From NCBI GenBank assembly GCA_963707025.1, contig CAVPOM010000018.1:128001-192000 (forward strand): a stretch of 64,000 nt of DNA, read 5' to 3'. Position 1 is the stretch's first letter, and every line of letters starts with the position of its first letter. The notes under the pieces are model-generated. The model searched no databases. It saw only the letters and a program-made list of their open reading frames with translations, and was not told the origin of the DNA. Source of the stretch: an uncultured Verrucomicrobiae bacterium. GTDB lineage: Bacteria > Verrucomicrobiota > Verrucomicrobiia > Limisphaerales > Palsa-1400. Shown here in pieces: positions 28,957 through 38,339 of the stretch. The position numbers were made by a program, and so were the translations under genes.

Positions 28957-31311
28957 ATGAATGAAGCTGGAACGGACAAAAACATGCCAAAGCAATGCCC
29001 CCAATGCGGCGCGGCGCTGCCGGGCGGCGGGTTGGAGGGGCTTTGCCCCGCCTGCCTGCTCAAACAGGGGGTGGAAACGGGGCCGCCGCCGGGGCTGGTG
29101 CCATTCCAGCCGCCCAGCCTGGAGGAGGTGGCGCGCTTGTTTCCACAATTGCAAATCCTGGCTTTCATTGGCAAGGGCGGCATGGGGGCGGTTTACCAGG
29201 CCCGCCAGCCCGCGCTGGACCGGCTGGTCGCGCTGAAAATCCTTCCGCCGCAGGCGGCGGGCGGGCCGGGCTTTGCCGAGCGATTCAATCGCGAGGCCCG
29301 CGCCCTGGCCCGGCTCAACCATCCCAACATCGTGGCCGTCCACGAATTCGGGCAGGCGGGCGGCTCGCCGTTTTTCCTCATGGAATTTGTGGACGGGCTG
29401 ACCCTGCGCCAGTTGGAACAGGCCGGACGCCTTTCGCCGGCCGAGGCGCTGCGCATCGTGCCGCAGATTTGCCAGGCGCTCCAATTCGCGCACGACGAGG
29501 GGATCGTCCACCGCGACATCAAGCCGGAGAATATATTGATTGACAAGAAGGGGCGGGTGAAGATTGCCGATTTCGGCATCGCCAAAATCATCGGCGGCGA
29601 GGAGGCCGGAACGGGCATGACCGGCACCCGTCAGGCCATCGGCACGCCCCATTACATGGCGCCGGAGCAGGTGGAGCAGCCGCAGACCGTGGACCACCGG
29701 GCGGACATTTTTTCTTTGGGCGTGGTGTTTTACGAAATGCTGACCGGCCAGTTGCCGCTGGGAAAATTCGCCCCGCCCTCCAGAAAGGTGGAGATTGACG
29801 CGCGGCTGGACGAGGTGGTTTTGCGCGCCCTGGAGCGGGAGCCGGAGCTGCGTTATCAGCAGGCCGGCGACGTCAAAACCGAGATTGACACGATCTCGTC
29901 AACACCGCCGGGGAGGCCGCCGGAAAAGGCGGCGGCGCGCGCGCCGGGTCGGGGCGATGGCAATTCTCGCAAGGCGGTTTTTGGATGGATGGCGTTGGGG
30001 TTTTTGATCCTGGGAGTGTTGGGACTTCCTTTGTTAATTGCGATTCGGGCTGATGAGAACGCGGTGGGAGCTTTCACGGGATTGAGCCTGCTACTGGCCC
30101 TGATTTTTGGCATGATGAGCCGGCGCGAACAGGTTGGACAGGCCTCCACCATGGTGAGAACGCAGTTCCGACGCACGGTCACCATTGTAATCGTGGGACT
30201 ACTGGTTCTGGCCGCTGCATTAATGGTGATTGCCAGATTGCGGTATGCAGCCGTGGTCCGAAGGGAGGCGCAGGCAGCGGAAGCAATGCAGCGCCAGGCG
30301 GTGGCCCGAATGAAGGAACGCCAGAAGTCCCTGCACGTAAGGGATGAATACAATAAAGTCCTCCAGCAATTGGCGCTCCATCAAACCCTCGAGGCCAAGC
30401 TCGAGTCCGCGTACTCGACGAACAGCCCCATGGTCAAAACCAACCTAATGGAGATTGAAGCCCTCCGGGCCGAAAAGAAGCGGCTGGAGCAAGCAAATCC
30501 CGGCCTTGCCAACCCGACCGCAGCGTCCGACCTCCCGCCAATCAATCCCACCGCAGAAGGCGGGGTCGGACACGCCAAACCAACGGAAGCCACTGCTATC
30601 AGAGGCTCCATCGGAAGGTATCAAGATGGCGTCGGTGCAGTGGAGTCGTCCAATTCAGTCGTCTTCGCCATTCCCGCGCCCGCAGCCGAGGAAATCATCA
30701 AAAAACTTGGCGCGGGCAATGCGTTGCCCGTCGAGGCCTTCGTTCAGGACACCAACAAACTGGGCCACGGCATTTTGCTGGCGGTTGACCGTCAGGTTGA
30801 TCCCGCCACTGGCACTGTCAAATGCAAGGCAAGTCTTCAACCCGAGCCAGACCGGGTGGTTTTCATCAACCAGTTCGTGTCCGTTCGGCTGCTTCTGGAG
30901 ATGAAACACGATGTCGTCATCGTGCCGGCCACGGCCCTGATTCACGATCTTTCAGACCGCGTTTTGGTCATCAATCCGGATCGTTCATTTACTCGAAGGG
31001 AAGTCGTTGTCGGAATAATGGACGGCACCAATGCGGAGATCCAAAGCGGTTTGCAACCGGGTGAGACCGTCGTTGGCGACAACGCGCAGAAGTTCGAGGT
31101 AACCCGGGCCACCAACCCGGGCCCGCCAGTCAGTTTTACCGTCATTCCACTCACAAACGGCGGGCTGTCTTATCAGTGGCAGTTGGATGGAACCAATCTC
31201 GGTTACCAGTGGTTTGATAATGCAACAAATATCACGGTCAGGACCAATCAGGACGGAACTCTTCTCTTGATAAACTCCGGGTCCAATTCCACCGTCAAGA
31301 CCAACCAATGA
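28957..31311 (+). CDS. Membrane Hanks-type Ser/Thr kinase with a mosaic extracytoplasmic C-terminus
   Basis: N-terminal CPQC..CPAC; GKGGMG, VALK, HRDIKPEN, DFG, APE; three TM helices; then coiled coil, RND-adaptor-like and Ig-like segments. Confidence 0.93.
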   Translation: MNEAGTDKNMPKQCPQCGAALPGGGLEGLCPACLLKQGVETGPPPGLVPFQPPSLEEVARLFPQLQILAFIGKGGMGAVYQARQPALDRLVALKILPPQAAGGPGFAERFNREARALARLNHPNIVAVHEFGQAGGSPFFLMEFVDGLTLRQLEQAGRLSPAEALRIVPQICQALQFAHDEGIVHRDIKPENILIDKKGRVKIADFGIAKIIGGEEAGTGMTGTRQAIGTPHYMAPEQVEQPQTVDHRADIFSLGVVFYEMLTGQLPLGKFAPPSRKVEIDARLDEVVLRALEREPELRYQQAGDVKTEIDTISSTPPGRPPEKAAARAPGRGDGNSRKAVFGWMALGFLILGVLGLPLLIAIRADENAVGAFTGLSLLLALIFGMMSRREQVGQASTMVRTQFRRTVTIVIVGLLVLAAALMVIARLRYAAVVRREAQAAEAMQRQAVARMKERQKSLHVRDEYNKVLQQLALHQTLEAKLESAYSTNSPMVKTNLMEIEALRAEKKRLEQANPGLANPTAASDLPPINPTAEGGVGHAKPTEATAIRGSIGRYQDGVGAVESSNSVVFAIPAPAAEEIIKKLGAGNALPVEAFVQDTNKLGHGILLAVDRQVDPATGTVKCKASLQPEPDRVVFINQFVSVRLLLEMKHDVVIVPATALIHDLSDRVLVINPDRSFTRREVVVGIMDGTNAEIQSGLQPGETVVGDNAQKFEVTRATNPGPPVSFTVIPLTNGGLSYQWQLDGTNLGYQWFDNATNITVRTNQDGTLLLINSGSNSTVKTNQ

Positions 31312-31317
31312 TTTCAA

Positions 31318-32067
31318 TTGACGCCCGACGATTCAACCCACGCCACCGGCCCGCCGCGCGATTATTTTGCCACGACGCGCTGGACGGTCGTGCTCGCCGC
31401 CGGAAGCCGCGGCACGCCCAAGGCCGATGTGGCGCTGGAGGAATTGTGCCGCACTTATTGGTATCCACTTTACGCCTGCGTGCGGCGCCATGGGCATTCG
31501 CGCGAGGATGCCGAAGACCTGACGCAATCGTTTTTCGCGCGCTTTCTGCAAAAGAATTACCTCGAAAAACTCCGCAGCGAGCACGGCAAGTTTCGCGCCT
31601 TTCTGCTCGCGGCGCTCAAACATTTTCTGGCCAATGAATGGGACCGCGCCCGCCGGAAGAAACGCGGCGGCGGCGTCCCGCTCCTTTCCCTCGACTGGCA
31701 GGATGCCGACAGCCGTTATCAAATTGATCCCGCCGACCAGCTCAGCCCCGACAAAATTTACGACCGCGCCTGGGCGGTGACTCTGCTGGAACGGGTCATC
31801 GGCCGGTTGCGCGCGGAGAACGCCGCCGAGGGCAAGGCCTTGCTCTTCGAGCAGTTGCGGCCATTTTTAATGTTGGGCCGGAGCGACATTCCCCATGCCC
31901 AGGCCGCCGCCGGGCTGGCCATGACGGAAGGAGCGGTGCGGGTGGCGGTCCACCGGCTGCGCCGCCGTTACCGGGAACTGTTGCGCGAGGAAATCGGCCA
32001 AACCCTGGCCGATCCGGCGCAGGTGGAAGAAGAAATCCGGGCCTTGTTCAGCGCCTTTGCCGGGTAA
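31318..32067 (+). CDS. ECF sigma factor, kinase-associated type
   Basis: FATTRWTVV, YWYPLYA, AEDLTQSFF, GKFRAFL and VAVHRLRRRY motifs; no anti-sigma gene nearby; adjacent to the kinase. Confidence 0.9.
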   Translation: MTPDDSTHATGPPRDYFATTRWTVVLAAGSRGTPKADVALEELCRTYWYPLYACVRRHGHSREDAEDLTQSFFARFLQKNYLEKLRSEHGKFRAFLLAALKHFLANEWDRARRKKRGGGVPLLSLDWQDADSRYQIDPADQLSPDKIYDRAWAVTLLERVIGRLRAENAAEGKALLFEQLRPFLMLGRSDIPHAQAAAGLAMTEGAVRVAVHRLRRRYRELLREEIGQTLADPAQVEEEIRALFSAFAG

Positions 32068-32090
32068 GCCCTCCGCCCTTCCTTGTTTCC

Positions 32091-32174
32091 CAATCCTAAT
32101 CTTAATCCTAATCTTAATCTTAATCTCCTTCCTCGTGCAGCCGGGGAGAGATTAAGATTACGATTCAGATGAGG
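32091..32174. repeat. Inverted (AATCYT)n / (RGATTA)n hexamer hairpin
   Basis: Six AATCYT units, a spacer, then degenerate complementary units. Confidence 0.8.
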
Positions 32175-32213
32175 ACCTCCTTTGCCCAAAAAAGTGAACC
32201 CCTCACGCCCAGG

Positions 32214-32394
32214 GGCGTATCTTGACACTGCTACCGGCGTCAGGCGCAAGAACGCGCCAGGAGTGCGCCCGTCCTCGGGCGCAGCAGCGTGGGAAACACG
32301 GCGCGGCGGTGATTTTCCTGAGCACCCACACAATCCCTGGCTTGCTGCGGCCGGGGACGGCCGCACTCCGCCGGCCGCAGTGTCAAGATGCGCC
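32214..32394. mobile_element. MITE-like element of 181 bp carrying an internal REP doublet
   Basis: 18-bp terminal inverted repeats GGCGTATCTTGACACTGC / GCAGTGTCAAGATGCGCC (1 mismatch); flanking 11-bp direct repeats tcacgcccagg / tcacgcccggg. Confidence 0.7.
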
Positions 32395-32422
32395 TCACGC
32401 CCGGGATGCCGCCACAAGCATT

Positions 32423-32450
32423 TTGACAGGGGCGCGAAATTGGATATATT
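32423..32450 (+). promoter_or_regulatory. Putative sigma70 promoter
   Basis: TTGACA-16 nt-TATATT about 20 nt upstream of ATG 32470. Confidence 0.55.
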
Positions 32451-32469
32451 CTCTAAACAAAGCGCGTCC

Positions 32470-34314
32470 ATGAAATCGCTCCATCGCTGCGGCATTGGGT
32501 TGTTGGCGTTCCAGATGGGCCTGGCCTCGCTCTGCGCCCGGCAGATTCTGCTGCAGCCGCAGGGGCGCGGCGCCACCATCGTCAACAACATCTCCAACCT
32601 GCGCGTCGGCCGGCAATCCGCCGACGGCACCGAATTGGAGCTGACCATGGAGGTGACCTACGATGGCTTGCGCGGCCCGACGGTGCGCATTGTCCCGATT
32701 ATCTCCGACCGAAAGAAAGCGGAGGTCTCGCATTGGTTCGGGGCGGAAACCAAGGTGGTCGGCCAAGGCAAAGGCACCATCTCGCTCAAAGTAAAGTTTT
32801 TCAACGACGAACCGGGTGTCCCGCCCGAGCTGACCACCGACCGCATCCGCCTCATCATGCTCAGCGACAGCGGCAACAGCGTGGTGAGCGAGAGCCCTGT
32901 CCTCAAAACCATCAAATGGGGAAACCCGAACATCAAACCGGTCCCGTTGGAGCGCTCCGCCCCCGTAGCCGCGGATGAGGCCAAGGCCGCGCAACTTGCG
33001 GCCCAGAACAAGCAGGCGGCCCAACGCGCCCAGGCCGAAGCCGAAAAGCGGGCCAAGGATTTGGAGCGATTGCAGGCCCAAGCCGAGCAAAAAGCGCGCG
33101 ACGCCGCCCAACTCAAGGAACAAGCCGAGCGCTTGCGGGTGGACGCGGAAAACAGGCGGATCGCCGAGGAAAAGCGCCAGGCTGAAATCCAGCGCCAAGC
33201 CGATGAAAAAGCCAAAGCGGAGGATGCGCAACGCCAGGCCGAAATCAAGCGTCAAGCCGAGGAACAGGCCAAAGCGGAGGATGCGCAGCGCCAGGCCGAC
33301 ATCCAGCGTCTGGCAGAGGAAAAGGCCAAAGCGGATCTGGAGGAAAAGCGCCTCGCTGATGTAAAAGCCAAGGCGGATGCGGACTTGGCCCGTGCGCAGG
33401 AGGAGGCGGCGGCGCAGGCCAGGGAAGCCGAGCGATTGAAGGTGGAAGTCGCCGCCGAAAAAGCGGCTGAAGCAAAACATCTGGCCGAGGAAAGAACCAG
33501 GGCCGAGGCCGCCGCCAGAATCGCCGGCATCACCCCCTCCACCTCCTCCCGGAGCGCGGCCTTCGTCCTCTCCAAAACGGCCCGGACCAAGGTCAGCAAT
33601 GTGGATGTCGTCAACCGCAGCCTGGATCGCAGCGAAATGACCATCGAGGTCAAATACGACTACAAAGCCGAGGACGGCCTGGGCCTGATGGGGGTTGACG
33701 TTGCCAGCGCCGACGACGCGGCCGCCAGCACTTACTTCACCAGCCCCGCCGCGACCGTTGGCAAAAGCAGCCGCTCATTCCTCCTGTTCCCCGTCAAGTT
33801 CAATCCCTCCTCCGAAGCCATCCCCAAAAGCGGGTCCTTCGGCACCAACAAAGTCTGGGTTTATCTGGCGGGGCCGAACGGTGAAAAGACTTACATCTCC
33901 AGCGCGACCATGCTGCTGGTATGGCATCCTCCGCGAGCTGCCGCCGCCGCCGCGCCCGCCGCCGCCGCCCCCGCCGTCTCCGGGAGCACGGCCCGGATTG
34001 GAGATGTCACACAGAACAACGCCTTCAGCGGTTCGGCGGTGGTTCATTACAACCTGGGCGTTGACTCCGGCCGAATCCATGCCCGCCTTTACGATTCCGC
34101 CAACCCGGAGAGCGCCGGCTGGTTCGATTCCGAGGATGTCCCCATCAAATCCGGCCCGGGCATCAGTTTGGTCAATTTCAGGGTTCGGGCGCTCTCGCCA
34201 GGCCCTGCCATCTTCAGCGCCGACACCATTGAAATCACCCTCCTGGATGAGCAGAACAAAGTGCTGGCCACCGTCCAGACCAAATCCGACCTGAGCTGGG
34301 CCAAGCCCAAATGA
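32470..34314 (+). CDS. Exported protein with three related beta-sandwich-like domains and a long E/A/K/Q coiled coil
   Basis: Signal peptide at ATG 32470; internal repeats visible at protein level and as ~57-bp DNA repeats around 33180-33330. Confidence 0.8.
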   Translation: MKSLHRCGIGLLAFQMGLASLCARQILLQPQGRGATIVNNISNLRVGRQSADGTELELTMEVTYDGLRGPTVRIVPIISDRKKAEVSHWFGAETKVVGQGKGTISLKVKFFNDEPGVPPELTTDRIRLIMLSDSGNSVVSESPVLKTIKWGNPNIKPVPLERSAPVAADEAKAAQLAAQNKQAAQRAQAEAEKRAKDLERLQAQAEQKARDAAQLKEQAERLRVDAENRRIAEEKRQAEIQRQADEKAKAEDAQRQAEIKRQAEEQAKAEDAQRQADIQRLAEEKAKADLEEKRLADVKAKADADLARAQEEAAAQAREAERLKVEVAAEKAAEAKHLAEERTRAEAAARIAGITPSTSSRSAAFVLSKTARTKVSNVDVVNRSLDRSEMTIEVKYDYKAEDGLGLMGVDVASADDAAASTYFTSPAATVGKSSRSFLLFPVKFNPSSEAIPKSGSFGTNKVWVYLAGPNGEKTYISSATMLLVWHPPRAAAAAAPAAAAPAVSGSTARIGDVTQNNAFSGSAVVHYNLGVDSGRIHARLYDSANPESAGWFDSEDVPIKSGPGISLVNFRVRALSPGPAIFSADTIEITLLDEQNKVLATVQTKSDLSWAKPK

Positions 34315-34323
34315 GGCCGGCGG

Positions 34324-35355
34324 TCAGGGCCGGGTGCGGACCCGCGTTTTGACGGCGCGATTGCCGGCGCTCATGCGGCGAAAAAGTTCCGGCAAGTCCG
34401 CCAGCGCACACTCGCCCGTCACAAAGTCCCGCGCCGAAACCACCCCCGTCTCAATCAGCTCCAGGGCGCGCCGCATGGCTCTGGGCGTGTGGTGAAAACT
34501 GGACAGCACGGTCAGACTGGAATAATGGAGCAATTCGGTGTCCAGCGTCACCTTGGTCCCCGCCGGGCAGCCGCCGAAGAGATTGACCTTGCCGCCTTTG
34601 CGCGCCAGCCGCAGGGCCGCTTCCCAGGTCTCCGGTTTGCCCACCGCTTCGATCACCAGGTCGAAGCCGCCGCCGCCGCACGCGCTTTTCACTGCCGCCG
34701 CCAGGTCGTGCCGCCCCGTCATGTCAACAATTGCCGCCCCCAGTTTGGCCGCCGCCGCCAGCCGCTCCGCTCCCCGTCCGGCCAGGGTGACGGCGCATTG
34801 CCCGTGCCGGGCCAGCGCGGCGAACATCAACCCAATCGGCCCGCCCCCGATCACCAGCGCCCGCTGGCCGGGGCGCGGCTGCAACTCCTCCCAGCCCAGC
34901 GCCACGCAGGCCAGCGGCTCGGTCAGCGCGGCGTCGGCGAAGGCGGTCCCCGGCTTGAGCCGCAGGAGATTTTTCCGGACGATGCGCGCCGGGATGACCA
35001 CCGATTCGGCGTAAGCGCCATTGAGGAAAAGCAAATCGTCGCAAAGATTTTCCCGCCCGTCCTGGCAAGGGCGGCAGTGGCCGCACGGCGCGGAATTGCC
35101 CGCCGCCACCGCCTCGCCCGCCCGCCAGTCCGTCACCCCCGGGCCCAGTTCGGCAATGCGCCCGGCCAGCTCGTGTCCAAAGACCGCCGGCGGGGAGATC
35201 ATTTTCGCATGATAACCGCGTTTGAAAACCTTCAAGTCCGTCCCGCAAGTCAGGGCCGCCTCGATGGCCACGCGCACCTCGCCCGCCTGGAGGGGTTGCG
35301 CCGGGAGATCCGCCACCCGCAAATCTTCCCGGCCGTGCAGCACCACGGCTTTCAT
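34324..35355 (-). CDS. Zinc-dependent alcohol/polyol dehydrogenase (MDR family)
   Basis: CGTD, GHE, CGHCRPC..C, EPLAC and GGGPIG motifs. Confidence 0.92.
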   Translation of the reverse strand: MKAVVLHGREDLRVADLPAQPLQAGEVRVAIEAALTCGTDLKVFKRGYHAKMISPPAVFGHELAGRIAELGPGVTDWRAGEAVAAGNSAPCGHCRPCQDGRENLCDDLLFLNGAYAESVVIPARIVRKNLLRLKPGTAFADAALTEPLACVALGWEELQPRPGQRALVIGGGPIGLMFAALARHGQCAVTLAGRGAERLAAAAKLGAAIVDMTGRHDLAAAVKSACGGGGFDLVIEAVGKPETWEAALRLARKGGKVNLFGGCPAGTKVTLDTELLHYSSLTVLSSFHHTPRAMRRALELIETGVVSARDFVTGECALADLPELFRRMSAGNRAVKTRVRTRP

Positions 35356-35407
35356 GCGCGCACCCCCGGGCGGAGCGGCGGCGGGAGCCGGGGTGAAAGA
35401 GAGTCAA

Positions 35408-36376
35408 TCATAATTTGTCGCCCGCCGTTTTCGCCACGATCTCCCGCAGGCCGGTGGCCGGGCGAAATCCGGTGCAGGCCGCCAGCTTGTCCAAAACCGG
35501 TTTGCGCCGGAGCATGTCCTCAAACCCCGGCGCGTAGGCCTGCGCGTAGGGCACCAGCTCGATGGGCGAGGCCGACCGCATAATCCCGATCACCAGCTCG
35601 GCCAGGCCCCGGATGCTGATCTCCTCCGAGCTGCCGACGTTGCAGACCTGGCCGCGCGCGGCGGGGCAGTTTTGCAGCCGCACCAGCGCCTCAACGGTGT
35701 CAAGCACATAGCAAAAACAGCGCGTCTGCCGCCCGTCCCCATAGACCCGCAGCGGCTCCCCCCGCCGCGCCGCCTCCACAAAGCGGGGCAGCACCATGCC
35801 GTATCGTCCGGTCTGGCGCGGCCCGACGGTGTTGAACAGCCGGGCGATGACCACCGGCGTTTGCCGTTCCCGGGCGTGGGCCAGCGCCAGGAATTCATCC
35901 ATCAATTTGGAACAGGCGTAACCCCACCGGCTCAGATGGGGCGGCCCGATCAGCAGATCGTCCTCCTCCGCGAAGGCCGCCCGCTGGCTCTTGCCATAGA
36001 CCTCCGAGGTGGACGCCAGCAAAAAGGGGGTGCCGTGCGCGCTGGCCGCGTCCAGCATCGCCTGCGTCTCGCGCAAATTGGTTTCGATGGTGGCCAGCCC
36101 GGAATTCATGACCAGCTCCACCCCGACCGCCGCCGCCAGATGATAAACGGACTCCGCCACCGCCGCGATGGCGCCCAGATCGGGGCAATGGGAGATTTTG
36201 GACACGATGACATTGAGCCTGGGGTGCGCCTTGACCGCCTGCAAATTCTCCAGCCGGCCGGTCGAACAATCATCAATCACTGTTACCGCTTTGCCGTCCG
36301 CCAGCAGCCGTTCGACCAGATGCGACCCGATAAACCCCGCGCCGCCCGTCACCAAAATGTGATTGCTGCCAGTCAT
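35408..36376 (-). CDS. NAD-dependent nucleotide-sugar epimerase/dehydratase
   Basis: VTGGAGFIGS, ASTSEVYG, YACSK and RLFNTVGPRQ motifs. Confidence 0.93.
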   Translation of the reverse strand: MTGSNHILVTGGAGFIGSHLVERLLADGKAVTVIDDCSTGRLENLQAVKAHPRLNVIVSKISHCPDLGAIAAVAESVYHLAAAVGVELVMNSGLATIETNLRETQAMLDAASAHGTPFLLASTSEVYGKSQRAAFAEEDDLLIGPPHLSRWGYACSKLMDEFLALAHARERQTPVVIARLFNTVGPRQTGRYGMVLPRFVEAARRGEPLRVYGDGRQTRCFCYVLDTVEALVRLQNCPAARGQVCNVGSSEEISIRGLAELVIGIMRSASPIELVPYAQAYAPGFEDMLRRKPVLDKLAACTGFRPATGLREIVAKTAGDKL

Positions 36377-36599
36377 GGAGTTCTATTCTGCGGGAGAACC
36401 TCCCCGACACAAGCCCGAACGGGCCACGCCGAAGGAACAGGAGATGGACACGATTTTTCCGCGGAGGTCTGTCGAGCCGCGGCAAGGGCGCCTGGAAACG
36501 AAGACTGACCGGCGAGGACGCCGGTCAGCACACGCGAGGGCGCGTATGCTCCCCCCGCCGTTCCGGCGGCGCGAAGTTGGCATTGAAGTTGGGACGGGG

Positions 36600-38339
36600 A
36601 TGGGTAAATTGGCGGGCGTGAATGGTGAAAGCCCGCTGTTGCTGTTGCTGCGCGTCAATCTGCTCCACTCCTGGCGGCGGCTGAAATCCGTTCACAAAAC
36701 CTCCGGGGTCATGGCGCTGGCGGTGGGATCGTTCGTCGTGGGCTACCAGGCGCTGGCCTTTCTGCTGTTCTCGCGCGGATTCAAATTTGTCAACAATTTT
36801 TCGGCGCTGGGGGCGCTGTTGCTGGAGCGGCTGTTTTTTTTGCTGTTCGCCTTTCTGCTGGTGATGCTGCTGTTCAGCAATCTGGTCATCGGCTACGGCA
36901 ATTTCTTCCGCAACCGGGAGACGCAGTATCTGTTCAGCCTGCCCATCCCGGCCCGGGTGGTCTTTCAATGGAAATTCATCGAGACCACCGTGCTGGCTTC
37001 GTGGGCCTTTCTGTTTCTGATCGCGCCGCTGCTGGCGGCATACGGGCTGACGCGGGGCGTGCCGTGGTATTATTACGTGATGACGGGTGTGTCCCTGGGT
37101 TTGTTCATCGTGCTGCCGGGTGTGGCGGGGGCGTGGGTGGCGCTGGTGTTGGCGCGTTATCTGGACCGGCGCGCCTTTCAAGTGCTGGCCCTGCTGGCGC
37201 TGCTGGTGTTGCTGCCGCTGCTGGCCGTCTGGTTCCGTCCGCAAGCGCTGCCGGACAATCCGGTGGATACGCGGGTCCTGTCCAATCTGGACAAGCTGCT
37301 GACGCGGACGCGTTTTGCGGAATGGCCCTGGCTGCCGAGTTTCTGGCTGTCCACCAGCATGTTACAGTGGGCGGAAGGGGCGCTGGCGTCGGCCGGATTC
37401 TTTTTGCTGGTGCTGCTGAGCCATGTTTTGTTTTTTGGCTGCATCTCCTTTACTTGCGCCGGGAAGCTTTTCTATGAGTCGTTCTCCATGGTGCAAAGCC
37501 GGGAGAGCATCTTCCTGCGCTGGGGCTGGTTCCAAAAATGGCGGGAGCGCAACCGCCGGTTCGACTATGGCATCGGGGCGGCGGAAAGAGCGTTCCGTTT
37601 TTTATTCCATCCGCCGTGCGACGCGCTGGCCTTGCTGGTCAAGGATGCGCGCATGTTCTGGCGGGACACGGCGCAATGGGGCCAGACGCTGGTGCTGCTG
37701 GGATTGCTGGGCGTTTACGTGATCAACCTGCGCCATTTTTCCGAGCAATTGACCAATCCGTTTTGGGTGCATCTGGTGTGTTATTTGAACCTGGGGGCGT
37801 GCGCGCTGAATCTGGCGACGCTGACCACGCGGTTTGTTTATCCCCAGTTTTCCATGGAAGGCAGACGGCTCTGGATTGTCGGCCTGGCGCCGCTGGGCCT
37901 GGTGCAGGTGTTGCGGATCAAATTCTGGCTGGCCAGCCGGGCCGCCCTTGTGGTCAGCCTGGGTCTGATTGTCCTTTCCTGCCGCATGTTGCGCATTCCT
38001 TTTGACCGCACGGTTTATCTGGGCCTGATCATAGGGACGATGACGCTGACCCTGACCGCGCTGGCCACGGGATTGGGGGCGCTGTTTCCCAATTTTCGCG
38101 AGGAAAATCCGGCGAAAATCGTCAGCGGTTTCGGCGGCACGCTTTGTTTGCTGGCCAGTTTTCTTTACATTGTCGGCTCGGTCGCGCTGCTGGCCATGGG
38201 TTCGCCGTGGGGCTGGCACGGGGAAACTTCGGTCGGCTGGATTCTGGCGGGCTGGGCGGGCTTCGCCGCGCTGTCCGTGGCGGTGGGCTGGATGCCGTTT
38301 CGCCTGGGGCTGCAGCGTGTGGAAGAATTTGAGCTTTAG
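36600..38339 (+). CDS. Multi-pass membrane protein, putative ABC-2-type permease
   Basis: Many TM helices; ETQYLFSLPI, KDARMFWRD and FSMEGRRLW motifs. Start approximate. Confidence 0.75.
   Translation: MGKLAGVNGESPLLLLLRVNLLHSWRRLKSVHKTSGVMALAVGSFVVGYQALAFLLFSRGFKFVNNFSALGALLLERLFFLLFAFLLVMLLFSNLVIGYGNFFRNRETQYLFSLPIPARVVFQWKFIETTVLASWAFLFLIAPLLAAYGLTRGVPWYYYVMTGVSLGLFIVLPGVAGAWVALVLARYLDRRAFQVLALLALLVLLPLLAVWFRPQALPDNPVDTRVLSNLDKLLTRTRFAEWPWLPSFWLSTSMLQWAEGALASAGFFLLVLLSHVLFFGCISFTCAGKLFYESFSMVQSRESIFLRWGWFQKWRERNRRFDYGIGAAERAFRFLFHPPCDALALLVKDARMFWRDTAQWGQTLVLLGLLGVYVINLRHFSEQLTNPFWVHLVCYLNLGACALNLATLTTRFVYPQFSMEGRRLWIVGLAPLGLVQVLRIKFWLASRAALVVSLGLIVLSCRMLRIPFDRTVYLGLIIGTMTLTLTALATGLGALFPNFREENPAKIVSGFGGTLCLLASFLYIVGSVALLAMGSPWGWHGETSVGWILAGWAGFAALSVAVGWMPFRLGLQRVEEFEL

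Noticed and set aside
32182..32469. N-terminal extension of the 710-aa ORF and a TolA label
   Set aside because: The extension runs through the MITE and promoter; a signal peptide starts at 32470; there is no TolA C-domain or tol-pal context.
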